DNA of 33,971 bases. It comes from a bacterium (GTDB taxonomy: Bacteria > Patescibacteriota > Minisyncoccia > Phycocordibacterales > SBAW01). How positions within the stretch are numbered: the stretch's first letter is position 1; each line of letters begins with the position of its first letter. The stretch is taken from positions 1 through 33,971 of the forward strand of contig JAKAHS010000002.1 in assembly GCA_021814825.1 (NCBI GenBank). The letters are read 5' to 3'. Below the pieces are notes generated by a model that saw only the letters and a program-made list of their open reading frames with translations, made no database searches and was not told where the DNA came from. Of the stretch, positions 8,101 to 16,470 are shown in pieces. The position numbers and the translations under genes are program-made.

Positions 8101-8314
8101 AGATACAAAAAACACCGCCTATAGCGGTGTTTTTTGTATCTTCGGGCTGAACAAGCCAACTGCTTGGCTTGTGTTCGAGATCGAACGGCGGAGCATGTTT
8201 TGCGAGCTTTCCTGCGAGAAAAACAGCGAGCCGCGTCCAGCAGTACTTGTGAGTTTGGAGCCAAGGGCGAACAAACGAGCTAGTAACTGCGGGACGATTC
8301 TCGGCAGCTCCGAA
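8101..8314. repeat. tRNA-Pro-linked element with inverted and direct copies of the tRNA 3' end
   Basis: 26-bp perfect stem 8093-8118/8124-8149 includes the acceptor 3' strand; CGATTCTCGGCAGC at 8083-8096 is repeated exactly at 8295-8308. Confidence 0.7.
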
Positions 8315-8330
8315 CGGAGCAAGTGCATAT

Positions 8331-8360
8331 TGAAATCGCCCGCGTAAGCGGGCGATTTCA
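8331..8360. terminator. Hairpin between tRNA-Pro element and convergent protease gene
   Basis: TGAAATCGCCCGC-GTAA-GCGGGCGATTTCA. Confidence 0.65.
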
Positions 8361-8374
8361 TGTGAAATGCAAGG

Positions 8375-9484
8375 CTACTTCTCGAGAGCCTGTTTCAGGG
8401 TCTGTAATTCTTGAGGTGCGAGGGTGCTGTTGAATTGATCTGCGGCTGCATTTAGGTCGCCGGAGAGTAGGCTGGCGATCGAATTTAGGCCGTCTTGCGA
8501 AAGGCTGTGGTCGACATGGCTTATGGTTATGGCTTCAAGATCGCGCCCCGCGGTCGTGGTGGCATTCGTGTCGGTGGTGATGATGCCGGCCAGGGTTCCG
8601 TCTTGTCGGCTGATGACGGCGCCGCCCGAAGCCCCGCTTTGGGATACCACTGTCCCGGGTACCGAGAACAGGTCGACCCATGAGTCCGTGCTGTGGAAGA
8701 TGTAGAGTTGGGCGATGGATGCGTATGATGACGAGCGGTAGAGCGACGTCGATATCAGGATCCCCCCAGAAAATCCTGCGGGGTAAGCGGAAAGGAGCAT
8801 CGGGTCGCCGGTCCGCGGAGCCACCCTGCTCGGCTCAATAAAAGGAAACGAAGAGGGAAGGGCAGTGTTTTTATTGGCGCTGCCAGTGATGAGCAAGAAT
8901 GCGTAATCGTTTTCGCCGGTGCCGCTTGGCGTTGGATCGCGCAAGATCGATGCGTTGTCATTGATCCAGCGCTCAGGCAGATACAAAAGCTTCGCGGTGT
9001 ACGTCGGCTTGGCTGGAGAGCCGGTGCGGACGGTGCATTGAATGTTGTCCGGCATGGGATAGTCGCGCAGGAGAAAGAATTGTCCGACGTGTGCGTTGGT
9101 GAGAATGACGCCGCGAGGATCGATAATGACGCCGCTACCACTTATCGGATCGAACGTGTTGCCTCCAGCGGTGCAAAAGATATTGACCACGGCACTGTCT
9201 GCTTCAGCAAGGAGCGCGTCCGGCGAGATCGAAGGTTCGGACTGCGTGGTTTGTTGTTCGGCGGTGACAGGTCGTGAGGAGGTGGCGAGCGATTGTGGTG
9301 CCGCGCTCTCGAGGGGCTTTGCCGTTGAATGCGTAACTTCTGGCACGGCAACGTTGGTGGTGGAGGAGGGAAGAGTCGGCGGTGATATGGCGGTTGTCTG
9401 CAGCTGCACCGCAGCCAGGTGGACCCCGAACAGAGCAAGAAGTCCGATCGCGATCTTGTTGAAGATGGAAAACAGAGCTGCCAT
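8375..9484 (-). CDS. Membrane-anchored/secreted trypsin-like serine protease
   Basis: N-terminal hydrophobic segment, S/T/P linker, GSGVII, LTNAHV (His), ENDYA (Asp), QSGASGGAV (Ser); no PDZ domain seen. Confidence 0.85.
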   Translation of the reverse strand: MAALFSIFNKIAIGLLALFGVHLAAVQLQTTAISPPTLPSSTTNVAVPEVTHSTAKPLESAAPQSLATSSRPVTAEQQTTQSEPSISPDALLAEADSAVVNIFCTAGGNTFDPISGSGVIIDPRGVILTNAHVGQFFLLRDYPMPDNIQCTVRTGSPAKPTYTAKLLYLPERWINDNASILRDPTPSGTGENDYAFLLITGSANKNTALPSSFPFIEPSRVAPRTGDPMLLSAYPAGFSGGILISTSLYRSSSYASIAQLYIFHSTDSWVDLFSVPGTVVSQSGASGGAVISRQDGTLAGIITTDTNATTTAGRDLEAITISHVDHSLSQDGLNSIASLLSGDLNAAADQFNSTLAPQELQTLKQALEK

Positions 9485-9543
9485 AACTCTACTATAAACG
9501 TTTGCGCGGCCTTGTCGCGCCTGTTAAAGTAGTGCAGTAAGAA

Positions 9544-9614
9544 GCGGGCATAGTTTATCGGTAAAATGACTGCCTTCCAAGCAGTAGAGGGGAGTTCGAT
9601 TCTCCCTGCCCGCA
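9544..9614 (+). tRNA. tRNA-Gly(TCC), no encoded CCA
   Basis: Acceptor GCGGGCA/TGCCCGC, anticodon arm ACTGC-CTTCCAA-GCAGT; terminator hairpin follows (~9621-9655). Confidence 0.95.
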
Positions 9615-9704
9615 CTGAGCAAAACAAAAACCGCCTCACGGCGGTTTTTGTTTTTGTAGATTCTACAAACGCGGATCAGCACTTTTGCATAAGCTTCACG
9701 TAAA

Positions 9705-9831
9705 GCAAGCGCAACATATTTTCTACGCAATTCCGGATGCTGGAGTGAAAAACATGAGGAGGTGTACTTCCCGTACAGCGACGAATGTCTTTCACGAAGT
9801 GCCGGAAGGGCGTGAAAAGATGTGTGCTTGC
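9705..9831 (+). repeat. Long imperfect hairpin element, copy A
   Basis: Nested arms GCAAGC/GCTTGC, TTCCGG/CCGGAA, GTGAAA/TTTCAC; apical GAGG-TGTAC-TTCCC-GTACA-GC-GA. Confidence 0.55.
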
Positions 9832-9842
9832 GGCGTGAGAAC

Positions 9843-10118
9843 TTATTTAGCTACAGCGTCTTTGAGAGCCTTTGCTGCCTGGAACTTCGGAACGCGCATT
9901 GCCGGAACCGAAACGGGTTCGCCAGTGCGAGGATTGCGTGCGGTGCGTGCTGCGCGCATCTTGGTCTTGAAGATACCAAGACCGGCGATAGAAACCTCAC
10001 CACCTTTCTTGAGCTCCATGGTGACGCCATCGATAATAGCTTCAACGGCACGCTCAGCGTCTGCCTTGGTCGAACCAAGAACGCCCTGCACTTTCTCTGC
10101 GAGATCTGCTTTATTCAT
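9843..10118 (-). CDS. hup: HU family DNA-binding protein
   Basis: MNKADL, VSIAGLGIF, ARTARNPRTGE, PKFQAAKALKDAV. Confidence 0.95.
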   Translation of the reverse strand: MNKADLAEKVQGVLGSTKADAERAVEAIIDGVTMELKKGGEVSIAGLGIFKTKMRAARTARNPRTGEPVSVPAMRVPKFQAAKALKDAVAK

Positions 10119-10434
10119 ATGGAATGTACTAGCACGATTAATGTGTAGTGTCCCCCCACGCTTGCCCTAAAGGGGAGGGCTTGCCTAAGTATAGTTTTTT
10201 ACAGAAACCTTGCAATAGAGCCATACTTTTTGAATGTTGTTACAAAACCCTTGCGGGGTAGCGTAAAACCCAGGTCTTGCCAGGAAGAAGAGGTGGCTCT
10301 GTGTGAAGGTTCGATAAATACGTTGTAGAATAAGGGGTTTTGAGGTTTTTCTGCGCGGAGGCCTATTTCTAAGAATGGACGGCGCCACCATGCGGGCGCA
10401 AGATCAGCCGATTTTGCCTGCCCGGCACTTGTGG

Positions 10435-10469
10435 AAAACAGGGTTGCAGCGAAGCTGCAACCCTGTTTT
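10435..10469. terminator. 16-bp hairpin after rny
   Basis: AAAACAGGGTTGCAGC-GAA-GCTGCAACCCTGTTTT. Confidence 0.7.
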
Positions 10470-10495
10470 TTGCTGCGATCGTCGCAAGAACGCTG

Positions 10496-12025
10496 CTACC
10501 GTGCGTATTCTATCGATCGATTCTCGCGAATGACCATCACTTTCACCTCGCCCGGGTACTTAAGTTCGTTTTCGATGCGCGTTGCGATGTTACGTGCGAG
10601 TTCGCGTGCTGCAAGGTCGCTCACTTCTTCTGGTTTTACCATGACGCGCACTTCGCGTCCGGCTGAAATAGCGAAACTCTTTTCGACGCCGGCAAATGAA
10701 TTCGCGATCGCTTCGGTGTCAGCAAGGCGCTTGATGTAATTCTCAACGCTGTCGCGGCGCGCGCCGGGACGACCGCCGGAGATCGCGTCGGCGACCTGCA
10801 CGATGAATGATTCAGGTGTTTCGTACGGGTATTCTTCGTGGTGAGCCTCCATCGCTTTGATGATCGCCTCATCGACATTGAACTTTTGAAGGACGCGGCG
10901 GCCGATCTCGACGTGCGTGCCCTGCACTTCGTGGTCGAGCGCTTTGCCGATATCATGTAAGAGCGCACCCGCTTTGGCGACCTGCACGTTCACACCGACT
11001 TCCTGCGCGATCATGCCGGCGATGTGCGCCATCTCGATCGAGTGTTGAAGCACATTCTGTCCGTAGCTGGTGCGAAAATGCAGTCGACCGAGGATCTGGA
11101 GGAGTTTCGGATCAAGATTGAGCACGCCGCACTCATACGCCGCCTGCTCGCCTTTTTCTTTGATGACTTTGTTGATCTCGTTGCGAGCTTTTTCGGCTGC
11201 TTCTTCGATCTTGGCAGGCTGAATACGGCCGTCAACGATAAGGTTTTCGAGCGCGACGCGCGCGACCGCGCGACGAATGGGATCGAACGAAGAGAGGACG
11301 ATTGAGCCCGGCGTGTCGTCGATGATGACTTCGACACCGGTCGCGCGCTCGAATGCTTTTATGTTACGGCCTTCTTTGCCGATGATCTTGCCTTTGATGT
11401 CGTCGTTGGGGATCGTGATTGCGGTCGCCATCGTGTCGCTGCCGACCGAACTTGCGAGGCGGTGGATCGAGGTGGTGAGGATCTCGCGCGCCTTGCGCTC
11501 AAGACGCTCGGAACCTTCACGCTCGAGCTTTTGGATGCGGACCATCATGTCGTCGCCGAACTGGCGTTCGATCTCTTGCATCAAAAGATCGCGCGCTTCT
11601 TCTTTGGAAAGACCGGCGACCTTCGTGAGCGCATCGGCACGCTGCGTGAGGAGCTCATCAGCACGTTCGCGGATCTGTTTGACATCATCGATGCGCGTCT
11701 TGAGGAGCGCCAGCTCGCCGTCGAGTTCTTTCTGACGTTTGTCGAGTGCTTCTTCACGGGCGAAGACGCGGTCTTCGGCGCGCGACAGCTTGTCCTCTTT
11801 TTCTTTCAGCTCGCCTTCGGCGACGGCGAGCGTTTCCTTGCCCTTCTGCTCAGCTTCTTCGGTGAGCCGTTTGGCTTCTTCGCGGGCGTTGATAAGGATC
11901 TGTTTGACCTCAAGTTCGATCGAACCTTTCTTGGCGAGAACGTAGAGCCAGCGGAATACATAACCGATGGCAATGCCCACGACGCCAGCGGCGCCGAGGA
12001 GCAGGAATAACAGTTTAAGTGACAT
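10496..12025 (-). CDS. rny: Ribonuclease Y
   Basis: N-terminal TM, coiled coil, KH (KGKIIGKEGRNI), HD (LLHDIGK), RPGARR; ATG 12025 preferred over TTG 12043. Confidence 0.97.
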   Translation of the reverse strand: MSLKLLFLLLGAAGVVGIAIGYVFRWLYVLAKKGSIELEVKQILINAREEAKRLTEEAEQKGKETLAVAEGELKEKEDKLSRAEDRVFAREEALDKRQKELDGELALLKTRIDDVKQIRERADELLTQRADALTKVAGLSKEEARDLLMQEIERQFGDDMMVRIQKLEREGSERLERKAREILTTSIHRLASSVGSDTMATAITIPNDDIKGKIIGKEGRNIKAFERATGVEVIIDDTPGSIVLSSFDPIRRAVARVALENLIVDGRIQPAKIEEAAEKARNEINKVIKEKGEQAAYECGVLNLDPKLLQILGRLHFRTSYGQNVLQHSIEMAHIAGMIAQEVGVNVQVAKAGALLHDIGKALDHEVQGTHVEIGRRVLQKFNVDEAIIKAMEAHHEEYPYETPESFIVQVADAISGGRPGARRDSVENYIKRLADTEAIANSFAGVEKSFAISAGREVRVMVKPEEVSDLAARELARNIATRIENELKYPGEVKVMVIRENRSIEYAR

Positions 12026-12228
12026 ATGCGGTTGGACTTCCAACCACTATCCACCAACAAAAACAAAGCGCCGCTATGCTCAAGCGAGCGTTGCGAGTTC
12101 AAAAGTCCTTACAAATGAACAGCTTTTTGTCATAGTGGGAGAGAGCGAATGGAAATGGATTGAATTGAGTAATGTCCGTTGCCAGACAATTCAACCATAG
12201 CAGAAATGGAGCAAGTGGGCAATAAACG

Positions 12229-12281
12229 GGAGCGGACAGCACAAGGCGCGGACAACGTCCGCGCCTTGTGCTGTCCGCTCC
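12229..12281. repeat. Perfect 25-bp palindrome downstream of clpP, no U tract
   Basis: GGAGCGGACAGCACAAGGCGCGGAC-AAC-GTCCGCGCCTTGTGCTGTCCGCTCC. Confidence 0.8.
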
Positions 12282-12292
12282 AACCTCGTTGC

Positions 12293-12949
12293 TTACTTGA
12301 CCTTCTGCTTTCCGGTGAAGACATCGTCGATGATGCCGTACTTTTTGGCATCCTCAGCATTCATGAAGTAGTCGCGCTCGACGTCGGCTTCGATCTTGGA
12401 GAGCGGCTGACCGGTCGCTTTGGAGAGGATCTTGTTAAGACGCTCACGCGTTGCGAGAATATGGCGCGCGGTGATCTCGATGTCGGTCGCCTGTCCCTGC
12501 GCGCCGCCCCACGGCTGATGGATCATCACCTCTGCGTTGGGGAGCGCGAAGCGCTTGCCCTTTTCGCCGGCGGCGAGGATGATCGCTGCAGCGGAGGCCG
12601 CCATGCCGACGCACACGGTCGCAACGGCAGGCTTGATGTAGTTCATGGTGTCGAGCATCGCAAGCGCTGCAGTGACCGAACCGCCAGGGCTGTTGATATA
12701 GAGCTGAATATCTTTCTTCGGATCTTCCGAGGCGAGGAAGAGCAGCTGCGCAATGATGGAATTGGCCGTGTAATCTTCGATCGGACCGCCGAGGAAGATG
12801 ATGCGCTCTTTGAGCAGACGCGAATAAATGTCGTAGGCGCGCTCGCCGTAGGGGCTTTTCTCGACCACCATCGGCACGAGCTCTGCGCGGATGTCTTTGG
12901 ATGTCATCCCGTTAGAGGCGGGATGCGAACTTTGTTCATGGTGTGTCAT
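12293..12949 (-). CDS. clpP: ATP-dependent Clp protease proteolytic subunit (alternative start 12907)
   Basis: [31 protein letters not shown] (Ser), MIHQP (His), ERDYFM (Asp). Confidence 0.97.
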   Translation of the reverse strand: MTHHEQSSHPASNGMTSKDIRAELVPMVVEKSPYGERAYDIYSRLLKERIIFLGGPIEDYTANSIIAQLLFLASEDPKKDIQLYINSPGGSVTAALAMLDTMNYIKPAVATVCVGMAASAAAIILAAGEKGKRFALPNAEVMIHQPWGGAQGQATDIEITARHILATRERLNKILSKATGQPLSKIEADVERDYFMNAEDAKKYGIIDDVFTGKQKVK

Positions 12950-13024
12950 ATCAAATGAAAGGGTAGATTATGTATAACACTGATCCCGTGTTTCCCGACG
13001 GGCGTTCGCGGCCTCTAACGGGAT
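12906..13024. repeat. 119-bp unit with the same inverted-repeat core as the GIY-YIG element
   Basis: ATCCCGTTAGAGGC (12906-12919) and GCCTCTAACGGGAT (13011-13024). Confidence 0.65.
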
Positions 13025-13136
13025 CATATACCGCACACCATAGCATGAAAATGGACGGATGAAAAATCGAAAACAGAAAATAAAAAAACGGCCTCGCAAC
13101 ACGGGGTTGCGAGGCGCGTTCGCCGAGGAGGCCGGT

Positions 13137-13703
13137 TCAGTTGATGGACTGCGATGCCAGGCTGTCGTCGAACCGGTAGAGCAGGGCGGTGGACTGCTTG
13201 ATCTCGACGCGGCCGACCGGCAGCGCGTTGATCAGAGGTCTGCCGCTACGCATGAGGTCGGTTGCGACGAAGATGCAGCGCTCGCCGTTGCGGTCGACGG
13301 TGGGAGCGTTCATGACAACGATGTCGGTGAACGACAAGGACTTGCCGTGGCGCAGCACCCATTTGATGAAGTCCGTGGGCGAGAGATGCGAGAGCGCTCC
13401 CTTCTTGAAGAGTTCGCGGCTGCGCTGCTTGAGCATGTTCGCGTCGAGCAGGTGATCGATCGTCTCCGGCCGCTTGGCGAACGCGAGATCGCGAGGGGTC
13501 ACCGCCCGCACCGCCGGGTGCTTGTGATTGACCGTGAAGCCATGAAGGAGACGCTCTGCGCGGCTGGTCAGGTCGCACACGCTGCGTGCCTGAGCGATGA
13601 GATCATGTGCCGTTATGCCGATCGGCATGTCGTGCGCGTTGGAGTTGAACCGAGAATCTTGCACCGCTGCAACTGCTCTTTGCATCTTCTTCTCCTCGAA
13701 CAT
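13137..13703 (-). CDS. Hypothetical protein, 188 aa
   Basis: Protein-like composition, own terminator-like hairpin (~13091-13115) downstream; no firmly recognised domain. Confidence 0.65.
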   Translation of the reverse strand: MFEEKKMQRAVAAVQDSRFNSNAHDMPIGITAHDLIAQARSVCDLTSRAERLLHGFTVNHKHPAVRAVTPRDLAFAKRPETIDHLLDANMLKQRSRELFKKGALSHLSPTDFIKWVLRHGKSLSFTDIVVMNAPTVDRNGERCIFVATDLMRSGRPLINALPVGRVEIKQSTALLYRFDDSLASQSIN

Positions 13704-13808
13704 GAATTACGGAAGGACTGTCCTGAGGTGGCCTACGCCATCCCATCAGCCGTTTTGTACGGTACCATATAAATCGAAAAATAGGAAATGGGCAGGCGGT
13801 GGGGAAGC

Positions 13809-13837
13809 AGCGCGCGGAGGCGAAGCCTCCGCGCGCT
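13809..13837. repeat. GC-rich hairpin with GCGAAGC cap in a divergent promoter region
   Basis: AGCGCGCGGAGGC-GAA-GCCTCCGCGCGCT, imperfectly extendable to ~13792-13853. Confidence 0.65.
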
Positions 13838-13883
13838 TCGCCCAGAACCTGCCACCTGCCCGTCTTGGTGCTATAGTGGTGCC

Positions 13884-14759
13884 ATGAAGAGGAGGGGGGT
13901 CGCACAGCCGCGCGGGTTCGTTCTCGAAGTCGTTCTTGCCGCAATGGCGGTTTTCTTCGGCATTACGATCTGCGCGCAGGGTTGTTTCGCATCCGACGCG
14001 CAGCGCCGCATCCACGATCTGTTCGCGCCCGGCGCAGCGTCGACTCAACAGCAGCAAGAGAGTGCAGCGCCGTGGTGGCGCGTATCGGGAGAGTGGGTCA
14101 TGCACATGATCGGGGTCGCCTTGAATGCACCACTACCCAGTCCGCTCGGGCCAAGCGCCGCGGATACGATCATTCAGACGCAGAGCGTTTCTTCATCGAC
14201 TGAACAAAGTACTTCATTCTCGCCATTCGCATCCGGTTCGCCTGCCGCGCAACTGCTTCACGCGGTAGAGCCAGTCATCAATGCAGCGCTGCTGCCCCCG
14301 TCCAATAAAGGAGAGCTGCCGGTCAAGATCGTGATCGCTGAGGCGGGCGTCTCGTCGAGCGTATCGAACCCGACCACGACCGACATGTCGGTACTTGAAG
14401 CAGACCTTCTCAATGGTGCGGTGCGTTATCCGACCACGTCGCTCCTCGGTGAGAAGGGCACGATGCTTATCTTCGGCCACTCAAGTTATCTGCCGAAGAT
14501 CCACAACCCGGCATACCGCACATTCGACGGCGTCCAGAACCTTGTGCCGGGAACGATCATCCACGTATATTCGGCAACGACCGACTATCAGTACGCGGTG
14601 CGCAGCGTGGTGGTGATGGACGCAGCTGACGCGAGCGCCAACTCGATCCCGCTGCCCCGCGATAAACAATATCTGGTCATCGATACCTGCGACACGTTCG
14701 CCAGCAAGTCGGACCGCTTCGTGCTGACGGCGGATTTCGTGAAGGCGGTGGGATTGTGA
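13884..14759 (+). CDS. Sortase family protein
   Basis: N-terminal TM; catalytic His (IFGHSS), Cys (IDTCD), Arg (SDRF); start set by TATAGT-6nt-ATG. Confidence 0.85.
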   Translation: MKRRGVAQPRGFVLEVVLAAMAVFFGITICAQGCFASDAQRRIHDLFAPGAASTQQQQESAAPWWRVSGEWVMHMIGVALNAPLPSPLGPSAADTIIQTQSVSSSTEQSTSFSPFASGSPAAQLLHAVEPVINAALLPPSNKGELPVKIVIAEAGVSSSVSNPTTTDMSVLEADLLNGAVRYPTTSLLGEKGTMLIFGHSSYLPKIHNPAYRTFDGVQNLVPGTIIHVYSATTDYQYAVRSVVVMDAADASANSIPLPRDKQYLVIDTCDTFASKSDRFVLTADFVKAVGL

Positions 14760-14767
14760 ACGAGGAT

Positions 14768-14854
14768 GTAGTTCGTAGAACGTAGGGCGTAGTAAAAGGG
14801 CGCGGGCTTTGCCCGCGCCCTTTTTGTCCTGACCTTCTACGTTCTACGAACTAC
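14768..14854. terminator. Bidirectional terminator framed by 18-bp heptamer-based inverted repeats
   Basis: AAAAGGGCGCGGGC-TTT-GCCCGCGCCCTTTT, flanked by GTAGTTCGTAGAACGTAG / CTACGTTCTACGAACTAC. Confidence 0.75.
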
Positions 14855-15884
14855 GCTCTACGTTCTCGAGTAATTCCAGCACCTTATTATTGCGCAGCAC
14901 AGTCTGGATATGGATGCGCAGTGCCTCCGTATTGGCATCGGGGAAATGCTCGAGCGCGTGCTTCATTTCTTCTCCAACATCAGCTTCATCAGCCTCGATC
15001 TTTTCCTGTGACGCGAGCTCGTTGAGAAGAAGCTGGAGTACGGCGCGCTTCTTCGCCTGTTCACGGAAACTTTCGCGCACTTCTTCCTCGGTTTTCTGCG
15101 AATGCTTCAGATAGTCTTCGAAGTCCATGCCGATGCGCGTGACATCGTCGCGCAACTGCCCCATGATCTTCTCAAGCTCTGACTCCACGAAAAGGCGCGG
15201 CAGATCGATCTTGGTCTTTTCGACGAGAGCGTCGATGATCGCGCCGCGGCGCTTGTCTTTGGCCTCGCACACCTTCTCTTCAGCGGCGCCTTTTTTGACC
15301 GCGTCTTTGAGCGCCTCGAGCGTGTCGAAGCTGCCGATCGACTTTGCAAATGCATCATCAAGCTCGGGGAGCGTCTCCATGCCGGTCGCCTCGTCGGTTG
15401 ACTTGCGGTGCTTGCGCAGCGATTCAAGCGTCTGAGAAACTTCTTCATCGGTCACCTCAGCAGGAGTCTCTGCAGGAACCTTTTGTGCGATCTTCTTCCA
15501 GTCATTCGGGATCACGACGGTCGGATACACGGCAGTGCGGATGGTGAGCGATACCGGAGCGCCGGCGGTGAGCTTGGTGATGCGGATGTCGGGGCGGCCG
15601 ACGACATCGAGCTTCTTCCCGAGTGCGAGTTCCGGATACAGATCGCGCACGATAAGTTCGACCGCTTCTTCAAGCACGGCCATCTCGCCGACCTTCTGAA
15701 GGGCGAGCGCAGGCGGCACTTTGCCTTCGCGAAAACCGTCGAGCTTGATGCTGCCGGCGATGAGCGCGAGCGCCTGATCGCGGTACTCGGCGACCGCTTC
15801 GGCGGGCACGTCGCCCGTGAGTTCGACCTCGGACTCCGGCAATGTTTTGACCTTAAAAGTTTCTATGATGGTTTCGAATTTCAT
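14844..15884 (-). CDS. tig: Trigger factor lacking the central PPIase domain
   Basis: Ribosome-binding motif DGFREGKVP; LPELDDAFAK follows directly after ESLRK; 346 aa. Confidence 0.9.
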   Translation of the reverse strand: MKFETIIETFKVKTLPESEVELTGDVPAEAVAEYRDQALALIAGSIKLDGFREGKVPPALALQKVGEMAVLEEAVELIVRDLYPELALGKKLDVVGRPDIRITKLTAGAPVSLTIRTAVYPTVVIPNDWKKIAQKVPAETPAEVTDEEVSQTLESLRKHRKSTDEATGMETLPELDDAFAKSIGSFDTLEALKDAVKKGAAEEKVCEAKDKRRGAIIDALVEKTKIDLPRLFVESELEKIMGQLRDDVTRIGMDFEDYLKHSQKTEEEVRESFREQAKKRAVLQLLLNELASQEKIEADEADVGEEMKHALEHFPDANTEALRIHIQTVLRNNKVLELLENVERSS

Positions 15885-15907
15885 GTGTTATATCATTCGG
15901 GGAACAA

Positions 15908-16438
15908 TTACTTCGCGTACTTTTCGTTGTACATCGTGCATGCACGCTCGAACGCCGCTTCAGCTTCAGTGCGATCGCCGAAGCCGTTCGTCTCAACCGG
16001 TGATGGCTTACCTTTGAGCATCTTATAGGTCTCAAAGAAATTCACGATCTCCTTGAGCGTGTGCTGGTTCGCGTCGGCAATATCATTCACGTCGTCCCAG
16101 CGCTTGTCTTCGACCGGCACGGCAATAACTTTCTCATCCGCCTCACCGCCATCGACCATCTTCAAGATGCCGATCGGACGCGCTTCCACGAGGACGCCGA
16201 CGTCGAGCGGGTAGGTAGTGAGGACGACCACATCAAGTGCATCGCCGTCATCCCAGAGCGTCTGCGGGATGAAACCGTAATCGAACGGATAGGCGGCCGA
16301 GCCATAGTTCGCGCGGTCGAGCTTGATGAGACCGCTTTCCTTGTCGATCTCGTACTTGTTGTGCGAGTCGCGCGGGATCTCGATGATGACGTTCATCTTT
16401 TCTGCCTTGCCCGGGTCAATGTCATGCCACAAATTCAT
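15908..16438 (-). CDS. ppa: Inorganic pyrophosphatase (family I)
   Basis: NKYEIDK, YPFDYGFIPQT, DGDALDV, DGGEADEK, FFETYK. Confidence 0.96.
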   Translation of the reverse strand: MNLWHDIDPGKAEKMNVIIEIPRDSHNKYEIDKESGLIKLDRANYGSAAYPFDYGFIPQTLWDDGDALDVVVLTTYPLDVGVLVEARPIGILKMVDGGEADEKVIAVPVEDKRWDDVNDIADANQHTLKEIVNFFETYKMLKGKPSPVETNGFGDRTEAEAAFERACTMYNEKYAK

Positions 16439-16470
16439 ATATGTTGTGATGTTAGCGACTAAATAAATGG

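Larger units (their letters stand above)
5568..8367. promoter_or_regulatory. Cluster of parS-like palindromes
   Basis: TTTCATGTGAAA or its reverse complement at 5568, 5940, 7574, 8356; GTTTCACGTGGCAC at 5852; TGTTTCGCGTGAAGC at 7750 (consensus TGTTTCACGTGAAACA). Confidence 0.55.
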
